From assembly GCA_964541675.1 (NCBI GenBank), contig CAZIPW010000001.1:67493-131492 (forward strand): DNA of 64,000 nt, written 5' to 3'. The position numbers were made by a program, and so were the translations under genes. Below are positions 46,527 through 55,829 of this stretch, one piece after another; the first letter of the stretch is position 1; each line of letters starts with the position of its first letter. This DNA comes from an uncultured Verrucomicrobiota bacterium (GTDB taxonomy: Bacteria > Verrucomicrobiota > Verrucomicrobiia > CAZIPW01). The notes under the pieces are model-generated. The model was not told the DNA's origin and ran no database searches. It saw only the letters and a program-made list of their open reading frames with translations.

Positions 46527-46557
46527 ATCACTGATAAACAGTGACAATAACAGTGAT
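46527..46557. promoter_or_regulatory. tripartite TCACTG/CAGTGA repeat element (site D), about 100 bp upstream of the uvrB start
   Basis: ATCACTG-ataaa-CAGTGAC-aataa-CAGTGAT; cores at 46528, 46539 and 46551. It sits inside a longer 13-nt inverted repeat, ccaatcatcactg...cagtgatgattgg (46521-46563). Confidence 0.45.
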
Positions 46558-46661
46558 GATTGGATATAAACACGCTATTTATAAAAATACTCTGGGAGGG
46601 CCTTCGTACGGTTCCCCCAATCCTCCTTGCCTAATCTCTCCAAATCGCTGAAAAAAGAAGA

Positions 46662-48674
46662 ATGCTCTTTAATCTCCAAAGCAAATACTCCCTTGCCGGC
46701 GACCAGCCCGCGGCGCTTGAGGCTTTGGAGAAATCTCTCAGGGATGGAAACCGCTTTCAGACCCTCTTGGGCGTAACCGGCTCCGGCAAGACCTTCACGA
46801 TGGCCAACCTGATCCAAAAACTCGACCGACCCGCGCTTGTCATTTCCCATAACAAAACTTTGGCGGCCCAGCTTTACGGAGAATTCAAAAACTTTTTTCC
46901 CCAGAACGCCGTCGAGTATTTCGTCAGCTACTACGACTATTACCAGCCGGAAGCCTACATTCCCCAGACCGACACCTATATCGAAAAGGATTCCGCCATC
47001 AACGAGGAGATCGAGCGGCTGCGGCTTTCGGCCACTTCCTCGCTGATGTCACGCCGCGATGTGATCGTGGTGGCGAGCGTCTCCTGTATTTACGGCTTGG
47101 GAAGTCCGGAGGATTTCAAAGAGATGATGCTGGAACTCAAGCCCCGCATGGCGATTTCCCGGCAGAAGGTGCTGGAGCACCTGGCCGAGATCCAATACGC
47201 CCGCAATGATTATGATTTCAAGCGCGGAGTCTTCCGCGTGAGGGGCGAGAGCGTGGACATTTACCCGAGCTACCTGGAGAGCGCCATCCGGGTCAGCTGG
47301 TTTGGCGACGAAGTGGAGTCGCTCAGGGAACTCGATCCGGTGAGCGGCAAGATAGGGGCGTCTCTCGACAAATTTCTGCTTTTCCCTTCTACGTCCCACG
47401 CTACTCCGCGCCATAAACTTGAACAGGCCTTCGGACCAATCCGTTCCGAGTTGGACGGACGCGTGGCCGAACTGGAGGCGCAAAACAAGCTGGTGGAAGC
47501 GCAGCGGCTCAGGATGCGCACCGAGTACGATCTGGAGATGCTCCGCGAGATCGGGTTTTGTTCGGGGATCGAGAATTACTCGCGGCACATTTCGGGCAGG
47601 CCTCCCGGCAGCAGGCCAGACTGTCTGCTCGATTATATGCCCAAAGAAACGCTGGTCTTCCTAGACGAGAGTCACGTCAGCTGGCCGCAGATTCGGGGTA
47701 TGTTCAACGGCGATCGGGCGCGCAAGCAGCGGCTGGTCGACTACGGTTTTCGGCTCCCTTCGGCCCTCGACAACCGCCCCATGATGCCGGACGAGTTTTT
47801 GGGAACCGTGGGACAAATCGTTTTTGCCTCGGCGACTCCCGCCGATTACGAGTTGCAGAACTCCGCGGTGGTGGCCGAGCAGGTGGTGCGCCCGACGGGA
47901 CTGTTGGATCCAGAGATGATTGTGCGCCCCCTTGAAGGGCAGGTGGAAGATCTCATCAATGAGGCGGTGAAAGCGGCAAAGGAGGGGGAGCGCATCCTGG
48001 TCACTACTCTCACGAAACGCATGAGCGAGGATCTGACCGATTACCTGCGTGACCGAAAGTTGAAAGTGGAGTATCTGCACTCCGATATCGACGCGCTTGA
48101 GCGCGTGGAGATTTTGCGCAAACTGCGTCTGGGCGACTTTGATGTCCTGGTGGGGGTCAATCTTCTGCGTGAGGGGCTTGACCTGCCGGAGGTGGCGCTG
48201 GTGGCGATCCTCGATGCCGACAAGGAGGGTTTTTTGCGCTCAACGACGAGCCTTATCCAGACGGCGGGGCGGGCAGCGAGGCATATTAAGGGGCGGGTGA
48301 TCCTCTATGCCGACAACATGAACGACTCTCTGAAGGCCACTCTCGAAATTACCTCCAAGCGTCGTCAGAAACAGGAGGCCTACAACAGGAAGCACGGGAT
48401 CACCCCAAAAGGGGTCAAACGCGCGATAGAAGAGAGCATGAAACAGGCGGCTGTTGCCGAGCCGGAGAGGATCTTCGGCGAAGAAGAGGATATCAAGGAT
48501 GCGATTGCCGAGATGGAAAAGGAGATGCTGGAAGCCGCTGACAGGCTGGACTTTGAGCGTGCCGCGATCTTGCGCGATCAGATAGCCAGGATCAAGGGCA
48601 GTGGTGCCTCCAAGAAATCCAAGAGTTCTTTCTCGCCAGGGGGCATAAAAGCTGCTAGGATGAAGCCGTACTAA
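46662..48674 (+). CDS. uvrB: excinuclease ABC subunit B
   Basis: N-terminus resembles E. coli UvrB (GDQPAALEAL; Walker A GVTGSGKTFT). Also the beta-hairpin region, the helicase motifs and the C-terminal UVR domain. Confidence 0.95.
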   Translation: MLFNLQSKYSLAGDQPAALEALEKSLRDGNRFQTLLGVTGSGKTFTMANLIQKLDRPALVISHNKTLAAQLYGEFKNFFPQNAVEYFVSYYDYYQPEAYIPQTDTYIEKDSAINEEIERLRLSATSSLMSRRDVIVVASVSCIYGLGSPEDFKEMMLELKPRMAISRQKVLEHLAEIQYARNDYDFKRGVFRVRGESVDIYPSYLESAIRVSWFGDEVESLRELDPVSGKIGASLDKFLLFPSTSHATPRHKLEQAFGPIRSELDGRVAELEAQNKLVEAQRLRMRTEYDLEMLREIGFCSGIENYSRHISGRPPGSRPDCLLDYMPKETLVFLDESHVSWPQIRGMFNGDRARKQRLVDYGFRLPSALDNRPMMPDEFLGTVGQIVFASATPADYELQNSAVVAEQVVRPTGLLDPEMIVRPLEGQVEDLINEAVKAAKEGERILVTTLTKRMSEDLTDYLRDRKLKVEYLHSDIDALERVEILRKLRLGDFDVLVGVNLLREGLDLPEVALVAILDADKEGFLRSTTSLIQTAGRAARHIKGRVILYADNMNDSLKATLEITSKRRQKQEAYNRKHGITPKGVKRAIEESMKQAAVAEPERIFGEEEDIKDAIAEMEKEMLEAADRLDFERAAILRDQIARIKGSGASKKSKSSFSPGGIKAARMKPY

Positions 48675-48726
48675 ACAGGAAAAAACAAAAAAGAGGGCAA
48701 TCCGGCCCTTCTGGTTAGGATAGAAT

Positions 48727-51156
48727 ATGCAATTGAAAGAAAAAATGCTCGAGCTGCTTGGACGGCCCGATTACACGCCGCTTGGAGCCAAAGAACTCTT
48801 CGATAAGATTCAGGCCGAAACACAGAACGAACAGAAGGCCGAATTCGATCGGGACCTCAGGGAGCTGGTTGACAGAGGACAGATCGTGGCCATAAAAGAT
48901 GGCCGCTACTGTCTGCCTTCCGATGCCGACCTGATTGTGGGCCGCATACACTTCCGGCAGAGCGGCTCGGCGACGGTTTTTCCGGAGAATGCCAGTGAGA
49001 ACATCAGCATCCCCTCGGAAGAGACGGGAGTGGCCATGCACGGCGACCAGGTGGTTGTCCGGCTCATCTCGCCCAGTGGCGCACGGCGCTACCGAATGGG
49101 TCCGCGCGGCAAGGCTGTCCTTGAAAACAAGGAGAGAACGGGGAAGGTCATCCGTATTCTGCGCCGCGCGCACACGCGCCTGACGGGCACTCTCGCCAAG
49201 GAGAAGCGTTTTTTCAACGTCATCCCCGACGATCCCCGCATCGTGCGCAATATTCTGGTGGCCGATCCGGCCTCCTCCACGGTTGTTCCTCAGCCGAAAA
49301 CCGGCGACAAAGTGGTGGTCGAACTGGAGGAATGGAAACAGAAGCATCTCAATCCGGAGGGCCGCATCACGGCCGTTCTTGGCAGATCCCACGAACCCAA
49401 GACCGAGCATACCGCGATACTCGTCCAGTACGGTCTTGAAAAGGAGTTCCCTCCCGAAGTGGAGGAGGAGGCTCACATTATGAGCGCTCCCGTCAGCGAT
49501 TCCCAGCGCGAGGGAAGGCTCGATCTGCGCAAGCAGCCGGTTTTTACGATTGATCCCGACGACGCAAAGGATTTTGACGATGCCCTGCATCTGGAACGCT
49601 TTCCCGATGGCCGCATCCAGGTCGGCATACATATTGCGGACGCGTCGGCCTATGTGAGGCCCGGCAGCGCTCTTGACAGGGAGGCCGAGCGCCGCGGAAA
49701 CTCCACCTACCTGGTGGGCGAGGTTGTTCCCATGCTGCCGCACTCGCTCTCAAGCGGGATCTGCAGTCTGAAGGAAGACGAGGATCGGCTGACCAAATCG
49801 GTGATAGTAACCTTCAGTCCCCACGGTGAAATCGAAAAGACCGAGTTTGCCAATACTGTCATCCGCAGCATCAAAAGGCTCAGCTACAGGCAGGCCAAAC
49901 TGATCATGGATGAGGATGATTTTCAAAAGATCAGGGAGGCCCCGCAGCCGCCCGATTACATGACCGGTTTCGCGGGCAAGCCGCTCAAGGCGCTTGGCAA
50001 CTCGGAACTGCATCTTCTCCAATCGCATATCCGCCAGATGTGGAGCCTGGCCAGAAGGCTGCGCTCGGCCCGCATGAAAGCCGGCAGCCTCGATTTGGAT
50101 ATGCCGGAGGCCAAAATTTATCTGAACGCTGAGGGTTATCCCGACAGAATCGTGAGGGTGGAGCACGACGAGAGCCATCAACTCATCGAGGAGTTCATGC
50201 TCCTGGCAAACGAGGCGGTGGCAAAGGCCTTCAGCCGCGCGAAGCTCTCCTGTATCTATCGCGTCCACGACAAACCCGATCAGGCCAAACTGGACGAACT
50301 TAGAGAGAGTCTGCTGCTTATGGGGGTGCGGGTCGGGGACCTGAGCAATCAAAAAGAGGTGGCCCGCTTTATTGAGTTGACCCACTCTCATCCCAAAGGC
50401 GTCTACCTGCGGGGGCTATTTCTGAGAAGCCTCAAGCAGGCCTGCTATCGCGCCAGCCCCGACGGCCACTATGGATTGGCCCTTGCGGACTACGCCCACT
50501 TTACTTCTCCCATACGCCGTTACGCGGACACCACGGTGCATCGCGTTTTTGACGCGTATCTGTACAAAAATGCCCTGCCGACAGCTCCGAAAACACAGCC
50601 TGCTGTCTATAACACGGGTGTCCTGGAGCGGATAGCGGAGCATATCTCAAGCACCGAGCAGAACAGTACCGATGCCGAGAGGCAGAGCGTAAAGAACCGG
50701 CTCCTGGAGTTCTTCGAGATCGAGACGCGGAGAAACCCCAAGAATCGTTTTGAGGCGACCATATCCGACGTGAAGAACCACGGAATATTTGTGGAGCTGT
50801 CCGAATCGATGGCTTGGGGGTTTGTGCACGTTTCGACCATGCAAAGCGACTTTTACTCCCTAAGCGACGACGGTCAGTCCCTTGTGGGGAGGAAGACGCA
50901 GCGCAGATTCGCCATTGGCGATAAGGTTTCCGTGGTGGTGGACAAAGTGGACCGTTTCAAGCGTCAGATGGACTTTAGTCTGGCCAAGGAAGGCGGGAAG
51001 ACCCTGCCGCCGATTCCCGCCGCGGTCGTGGCCGACCGGAAGAAAAAGGCCGGTCAGGCCCAGGTTGAGAAGAGACGTGATGAACGCCGCGCCAGCCACC
51101 GACGTCCAGAGCCTCCCCAGGCACGCTACCCATTCAAGAAGAGGCACAGAAATTAG
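48727..51156 (+). CDS. rnr: ribonuclease R
   Basis: N-terminal cold-shock/OB region, an RNB catalytic domain (DPDDAKDFDDALH), a C-terminal S1 domain, and a basic tail. Confidence 0.9.
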   Translation: MQLKEKMLELLGRPDYTPLGAKELFDKIQAETQNEQKAEFDRDLRELVDRGQIVAIKDGRYCLPSDADLIVGRIHFRQSGSATVFPENASENISIPSEETGVAMHGDQVVVRLISPSGARRYRMGPRGKAVLENKERTGKVIRILRRAHTRLTGTLAKEKRFFNVIPDDPRIVRNILVADPASSTVVPQPKTGDKVVVELEEWKQKHLNPEGRITAVLGRSHEPKTEHTAILVQYGLEKEFPPEVEEEAHIMSAPVSDSQREGRLDLRKQPVFTIDPDDAKDFDDALHLERFPDGRIQVGIHIADASAYVRPGSALDREAERRGNSTYLVGEVVPMLPHSLSSGICSLKEDEDRLTKSVIVTFSPHGEIEKTEFANTVIRSIKRLSYRQAKLIMDEDDFQKIREAPQPPDYMTGFAGKPLKALGNSELHLLQSHIRQMWSLARRLRSARMKAGSLDLDMPEAKIYLNAEGYPDRIVRVEHDESHQLIEEFMLLANEAVAKAFSRAKLSCIYRVHDKPDQAKLDELRESLLLMGVRVGDLSNQKEVARFIELTHSHPKGVYLRGLFLRSLKQACYRASPDGHYGLALADYAHFTSPIRRYADTTVHRVFDAYLYKNALPTAPKTQPAVYNTGVLERIAEHISSTEQNSTDAERQSVKNRLLEFFEIETRRNPKNRFEATISDVKNHGIFVELSESMAWGFVHVSTMQSDFYSLSDDGQSLVGRKTQRRFAIGDKVSVVVDKVDRFKRQMDFSLAKEGGKTLPPIPAAVVADRKKKAGQAQVEKRRDERRASHRRPEPPQARYPFKKRHRN

Positions 51157-51162
51157 GGAGTG

Positions 51163-52464
51163 CTAACCGCGCAATCCCTCAATCAGCTTCTCCAGAGGCA
51201 GCTCGATCTCTTTTCCCGTGGTCAGCTCTTTGACCTTGCAGATATTATTCGAGAGTTCGTCATCTCCCAGGATAAGAACTTTCCGGGCTCCGGCCTTGTC
51301 GGCGGCCTTCATCTGTTTGCCAAACCCCAGGGACTTAAGCGAGATTTCCACCGAGAAACCCGCGTCGCGCAGTTTTGGCAGCAGCTCCAGCGCCTTCGCG
51401 CGTGTGGTCGGGCTGGTATAGGCCAGGTACAAGTCGCAGGCGTCGACAAACTTGGGCAGAAGACTGCGTTCCGCCAGCGGTACCAGCAGCGTGACATCGC
51501 TCATCCCTATGCCCACGGCGGGCATATCGGGCCCACCCAGTTTCTTGACGAGGTCGTTGAATCTTCCTCCGCCTGCAAGAGCCCTTCCCGTGAGCCCCCC
51601 CTGGTCATCCTTCTCGAACACTTCAAAGACAAATCCCGTGTAGTAGGCCAGGCCGCGAACGATGCTAAGATCAACACCGATGTAATCGGAGAGCCCCATC
51701 GTTGCCAGATCGGCCAGCAGTGCCTTCCAGTTGTCGAGGCGTGCGGTCAGAGATTCGGAGTTCTTTCCCTCCAAAAGCTTTTCCAGCGCATCTAGCGATT
51801 TGATTTCGAGCATACCTTTGACAGTAACGGTAAGCCCGGGCTTAATGGCCTCCAGTTTTTTCTTTATTTCGGCAGGATCCTCACGTTCCCATTTGTCGAT
51901 GGTCTGCAGGACGATCATGGCGTTTTCCAGAGAGATCCCAAGGGTAAACAGTAGCTCCAGCCACAGGGTGCGGTCACTCAGACGCACCACGAAATCTTTT
52001 TGTGTTAGTCCAAACGCGCGGAAGATATCAATGGCAAACGAGATGATCTCAACCTCGGCGGTAGTGCCGGGCTCATCAAAGATGTCGGCGTTGAGTTGGT
52101 AGAACTCCCTGCCGCGCCCTTTTTGCATACGCTCGTAGCGGAAGCATTGGGGTATACTAAACCACCGGATCGGACGCTTGAGACTGGCAGCCCTGGCGCC
52201 TATCATAACTGCCGCATAGGGCGTTATTTCGGCTGGAAGAGTCACCTCCCGGTCTCCCTTATCCTTAAAGTTGAATAGCTGGCCGACGATCTCCGGTCCG
52301 GATTTGACGGTGAAGAGTTCTGTGGGTTGCAAAGTGGGGACGACATATTCCACGAAGTTATGAGCACGGCAGACCTGCCTCCATTTGGCGAAGATGAAGT
52401 TGCGTACCTGGCACTCTTCAGGGTAAAAGTCCCGGAAGCCGGGGAGGGGATCGAAGTTTGGCAT
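51163..52464 (-). CDS. hisS: histidine--tRNA ligase
   Basis: Class II aminoacyl-tRNA synthetase motifs (MPNFDPLPGFRDFYPEE; the LRYDLTVP-type signature appears as VTLPAEITPY) and a C-terminal anticodon-binding domain. Confidence 0.9.
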   Translation of the reverse strand: MPNFDPLPGFRDFYPEECQVRNFIFAKWRQVCRAHNFVEYVVPTLQPTELFTVKSGPEIVGQLFNFKDKGDREVTLPAEITPYAAVMIGARAASLKRPIRWFSIPQCFRYERMQKGRGREFYQLNADIFDEPGTTAEVEIISFAIDIFRAFGLTQKDFVVRLSDRTLWLELLFTLGISLENAMIVLQTIDKWEREDPAEIKKKLEAIKPGLTVTVKGMLEIKSLDALEKLLEGKNSESLTARLDNWKALLADLATMGLSDYIGVDLSIVRGLAYYTGFVFEVFEKDDQGGLTGRALAGGGRFNDLVKKLGGPDMPAVGIGMSDVTLLVPLAERSLLPKFVDACDLYLAYTSPTTRAKALELLPKLRDAGFSVEISLKSLGFGKQMKAADKAGARKVLILGDDELSNNICKVKELTTGKEIELPLEKLIEGLRG

Positions 52465-52585
52465 GGAAGGAGTCTAGTTCATTTAGCACTTTCTTTCAAG
52501 ACTCTGCGCACGATTCTCTGTGACGGTGGGCAGTCCCATCTTCTTCAGTTCCTCGTCCGTAATGACCTTGATGTCTAGTATGATG

Positions 52586-53206
52586 TTATCTGTTTCCAAA
52601 TCCTATTCCCCTCGATCGCTGACTGGTGAGGCTCTGTCCATCCACGCAACGATTGCGAAGATGCACAATATCTTCCACAGGCTCATTCTGACCCAAGTTG
52701 CTATAGACGGATATGGCTATACTACTGCACTCAATATAGGCCGAACAGTGGTAACCATTGATCATCGCCAAAGGAACAAGACCGAGGCCTTTTTGAGAAG
52801 AAGCGTTGACCAACAGTGCTTTGGCTGCGTTTGGCCCTGCCACCAGAAGCGATTTCTGGGAGATTGCCATAAGGCTTGATCCAAGACCTGTGGCTGCCTG
52901 TGTGAGTGTGTCGGGAGAGCTGACCTCCAAGAGAACAATGGGCGGTTCTTCAAGGCGTGCGATCTCGGGAAAGTTGGAAATGTCTACTCTTCCGTAGATG
53001 TCAAGGCCATGCCGGCCATAAAACTCCACCGTCTGCCGGAGTTTTGGCGTTGGCTTTGGGCTGCCAGGGTCTTGTGTGGAGTCCGCGAGGACAATATTCC
53101 GATCATGCAATCTGCGGCGCAGGCATCGAATAGTCTGTAGGACCTGGGCGCAGGGAGCGTCCAGGGAGGTGGTAAGGATGACTTGGGAGAGAGAGGAATT
53201 TTTCAT
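52586..53206 (-). CDS. CoA-binding-domain-like protein (YccU/YneT-like Rossmann core plus ~60-aa C-terminal extension); function unknown
   Basis: The segment ISNFPEIARLEEPPIVLLEVSSPDTLTQAATGLGSSLMAISQ...AGPNAAKALLVNASSQKGLGLV aligns in pattern with the YccU CoA_binding_2 core (TLADVPEKVDMVDVF...AIAIGAKTLWMQ...AREAGLSVV). The call rests on weak similarity only. Confidence 0.4.
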   Translation of the reverse strand: MKNSSLSQVILTTSLDAPCAQVLQTIRCLRRRLHDRNIVLADSTQDPGSPKPTPKLRQTVEFYGRHGLDIYGRVDISNFPEIARLEEPPIVLLEVSSPDTLTQAATGLGSSLMAISQKSLLVAGPNAAKALLVNASSQKGLGLVPLAMINGYHCSAYIECSSIAISVYSNLGQNEPVEDIVHLRNRCVDGQSLTSQRSRGIGFGNR

Positions 53207-53222
53207 AAAGATATTTTTGGGG

Positions 53223-53254
53223 AAACAAAAAACCGCAGCGTTTTTGCTGCGGTT
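53223..53254 (-). terminator. intrinsic terminator (attenuator) in the leader of the 52586..53206 gene
   Basis: On the minus strand: AACCGCAGC-AAAAAC-GCUGCGGUU followed by UUUUUUGUUU. This is a 9-bp GC-rich stem plus U-tract, ending 17 nt before the ATG at 53206. Confidence 0.5.
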
Positions 53255-53272
53255 TGGAAAGACCTGGAATCG

Positions 53273-53344
53273 CTATGCGCGAGCACTCGGCCTTTGCAAA
53301 ACCGCAAAGGTCCAATGCCACCAGGCGCAGAGATTCATTAACAT
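53273..53344 (-). CDS. candidate Trp-rich leader peptide (23 aa: MLMNLCAWWHWTFAVLQRPSARA)
   Basis: An ATG lies 12 nt after a -10-like box. Codons 8-11 are UGG UGG CAU UGG. The stop codon is 18 nt before the terminator stem. The leader segment UUGCGGUUUU can pair with the 5' arm of the terminator (AAACCGCA). Confidence 0.35.
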   Translation of the reverse strand: MLMNLCAWWHWTFAVLQRPSARA

Positions 53345-53355
53345 AATGTTGATGA

Positions 53356-53385
53356 ATACTATCACACTATCCTGTAAGAAGTCAA
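53356..53385 (-). promoter_or_regulatory. sigma70-like promoter (TTGACT-18 nt-TAGTAT) driving the leader and the 52586..53206 gene
   Basis: The minus-strand sequence cTTGACTtcttacaggatagtgtgaTAGTATtcatcaacattATG shows the two boxes; their spacing was counted directly. Confidence 0.3.
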
Positions 53386-53424
53386 GAGGTTTGCAATTAA
53401 AACCCCGTTTGGTAGGATAAAGCC

Positions 53425-54258
53425 ATGTTGGACCTTAAAGAACTCCCCCAGATTGGCGCCACGCACGCCGCCCTGAAGGACTATCTGGCCTACCGCGACA
53501 ACCTGCATGGCAATCCGGAAAGGCTTCTGCCGATTGAGGGCCTGTGGGCGCATGAGGTGGCCATCAAGCAGCACGTGGAGATCCGCACGGCCTTCATCTG
53601 TCTGGAACTTCTCAAGAGCCTTGAGTATGAGAGCATGGCGCAGGCGGTGGCGCAGAAGGCGGGTAGGACTTTCATAGTCTCGGAGAAGGTTTTCGAGAAG
53701 ATCTCCGAGCGGGAGGGACCTTCGGGAGTTGCCAGTATCGTGAAGCCAGTCAACTTTTTTGAGAATGATTTTGGCCCGCTTTCCAAAGTCAAACGCATCG
53801 TTATCATGGACGCGGTCGAGATTCCGGGCAACGTGGGGACGATCCTGCGGGCTCTCGATGGGCTGGGGGAGAGCGCTCTCGTTCTGACCAATAGGCGCGT
53901 TAGACTGACCCATCCGAAAGTGGTGAAGGGGTCGTTGGGCGCTGTTTTCACCGTTCCTCTTATTACAGCCGGAGTGCCGGAGGTGCTTGCGTACCTTGCC
54001 CAGAACAAAATCCTGCTTTTTGCCGCCGATAGCAGTAATAAGGCAAAGGTCGTTGATTTTTCCGCGGCCAGTATTCCCGAAAAATTTGCGTTGGTCCTGG
54101 GCTCGGAGAAATACGGCATCCCGCAGGAGATCTATGACGCCAAACCGACTGGCATCAGGATCCCGATGTCGGGGGTCTGCGACTCGCTCAACGTTTCAAT
54201 TGCCGGTGCGATACTGCTCTACGGACTGGTGATGAGAGGGGAAACTAACTGCTCTTGA
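53425..54258 (+). CDS. TrmH/SpoU-family RNA methyltransferase (second copy in window)
   Basis: IVIMDAVEIPGNVGTILRALDGLG, IPMSGVCDSLNVSIAGAILLYGL, and an N-terminal substrate-binding extension. Confidence 0.7.
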   Translation: MLDLKELPQIGATHAALKDYLAYRDNLHGNPERLLPIEGLWAHEVAIKQHVEIRTAFICLELLKSLEYESMAQAVAQKAGRTFIVSEKVFEKISEREGPSGVASIVKPVNFFENDFGPLSKVKRIVIMDAVEIPGNVGTILRALDGLGESALVLTNRRVRLTHPKVVKGSLGAVFTVPLITAGVPEVLAYLAQNKILLFAADSSNKAKVVDFSAASIPEKFALVLGSEKYGIPQEIYDAKPTGIRIPMSGVCDSLNVSIAGAILLYGLVMRGETNCS

Positions 54259-54886
54259 TCAACCCCTGCTCCATCGCAAAACGCGTAAGGGAGGCCGCGT
54301 TGTGGAGATTCAGTTTACGCATCAGATTGGAGCGGTGATTGTCCGCCGTCTTGACGCTGATATTGAGCTTGGCGGCGATATCCTTGGTGGTATTTCCCAT
54401 CGCAATAAGCCGCAGTATCTCCAATTCGCGGCGGGTCAGATCCTGAATGGACGGCACGGCCTGCGCCGGAACCGCCAGCGCGTCATGGACGATCTTTGTC
54501 ACCTCCGGGCCGAAGTAGTTGCCGCCGTTGCCCACCGCCTGAATGGCGTTTTTGAGCTCCGAAAGCGGGGCCGTCTTCTCCACAAAACCATGCGCTCCCG
54601 CCTGCGTCATCTCGCGGACAAGCTGGGGGGAATAATAACCCGAGAAGGCCAGAACGCGCGTGGATGGCAAACCCTTGGAGATTCTGCGCATCAGCTCCAC
54701 CCCTCCGGTGTCGGGAAGCATAATGTCCAGCATAACCAGATCTGGCTTCTGCTCGGCGCAAAGCTTCCACGCCTCTTCGCCGCTGCCAACTTGGGCAATC
54801 ACGGAAAATGTCGGATCGGAATCGATCACCTGCGCGATCATCTCCCGAACAGCGGTCTGGTCTTCAACGATGACAACCGTTTTCAT
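54245..54886 (-). CDS. two-component response regulator, NarL/LuxR family (orphan)
   Basis: REC domain (VIVEDQTAVRE...DLVMLDIMLPDTGG) and a C-terminal LuxR-type HTH (LTRRELEILRLIAMGNTTKDIAAKLNISVKTADNHRSNLMRKL). Confidence 0.8.
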   Translation of the reverse strand: MKTVVIVEDQTAVREMIAQVIDSDPTFSVIAQVGSGEEAWKLCAEQKPDLVMLDIMLPDTGGVELMRRISKGLPSTRVLAFSGYYSPQLVREMTQAGAHGFVEKTAPLSELKNAIQAVGNGGNYFGPEVTKIVHDALAVPAQAVPSIQDLTRRELEILRLIAMGNTTKDIAAKLNISVKTADNHRSNLMRKLNLHNAASLTRFAMEQGLIKSS

Positions 54887-55186
54887 AAATTCCCATTGTA
54901 TAGGGGGAAGACCCTAGAAGTCAATGACATTGAAAGGATGCCGGTTTGAGAGAAAAAACTGGCATTAAACTCCACTCGCTCAATGCCCCAGCATTGAAAT
55001 ACTGGGCTGAGGGTCTTTCAGACGTTGCGTCGTTTTCCTTTCCCGATGAATCGGGATCGCCACGACGCCAATAATAATGTTTTGAAATTGATTATCGGCG
55101 TCACGGCGGGATCGCAGAGCACGGATAGTGACGCAATCCCCGACTTGTCGGGGCACAGCCAACCATTTCAATGGCGGGTCAAAGAC

Positions 55187-55744
55187 TTACGCTCTGCCCT
55201 GGTAGGATCCATCTTCCGTCGACACCTTGACCTTCTCTCCAACCTTGATGAACAAGGGAGCCTGAACTGCCAAACCCGTCTGCAGAATGATCGTCTTGGT
55301 TGGCGAGCTGGAGGTGTCCCCACGAACGGCATCGGGGGCCTCTTTGACGACCATCTCAACGCTGGCGGGAAGCTCAACGCGCACAGCCTTGCCCTCAACG
55401 AAGAGCACATTGTACGTGGTGCCCTCGACCATGTACTGGCGCAGATCCTCAACCATGCGGGTCGGGATAATACTGTCTTCGTAGCTTTCGGGGTCCATGA
55501 AGTGGAAGCCCATGTCATCCACGAAGGAAAACTCCATTGGCTTTGTGTCGGTCTCCATGAAGGAGACGGTGTCGGAATTCATAAACTTGTATTCCAACGT
55601 GGAACCGTCCAGGAGGCACTTGAGGCCAGCCTGCACAAAGCTTGGGCGGCGTCCCGGCGTGCGGTGATCGATGGAAGTGACCGCGTAGGGCTTGCCATTG
55701 TGGTTTATGACTTTGCCTTTGCGAAGTTCTGTGGGAGTTGCCAT
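55187..55744 (-). CDS. efp: elongation factor P
   Basis: 185 aa. MATPTELRKGKVINHNGKPYAVTSIDHRTPGRRPSFVQAGLKCLLDG resembles the EF-P KOW/OB N-region. Confidence 0.9.
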   Translation of the reverse strand: MATPTELRKGKVINHNGKPYAVTSIDHRTPGRRPSFVQAGLKCLLDGSTLEYKFMNSDTVSFMETDTKPMEFSFVDDMGFHFMDPESYEDSIIPTRMVEDLRQYMVEGTTYNVLFVEGKAVRVELPASVEMVVKEAPDAVRGDTSSSPTKTIILQTGLAVQAPLFIKVGEKVKVSTEDGSYQGRA

Positions 55745-55829
55745 GGGAGAAAATCATAGCAAAAGTTCCCGAAGACGGTCAACAGCCAAAAAGCTTGCCT
55801 GGGAGGGCTGATTTCCCAACGATAAACGT

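Noticed and set aside
9668-46557. Interpretation of the TCACTG/CAGTGA clusters as LexA SOS boxes or as copies of a mobile or REP-like element
   Set aside because: The sequence does not resemble known LexA motifs, and the flanks of the clusters share nothing. Only the hexamers and their phasing are conserved. It is reported as an unassigned operator-like element.
48715-49743. 342-aa ORF antisense to rnr (and 49750..50391)
   Set aside because: A shadow ORF opposite a gene with clear RNB and S1 domains.
52465-52585. Possible His-codon leader peptide or attenuator directly upstream of hisS
   Set aside because: The only mini-ORF in the spacer (MGLPTVTENRAQSLERKC) has no His run, and no terminator or antiterminator pair was seen.
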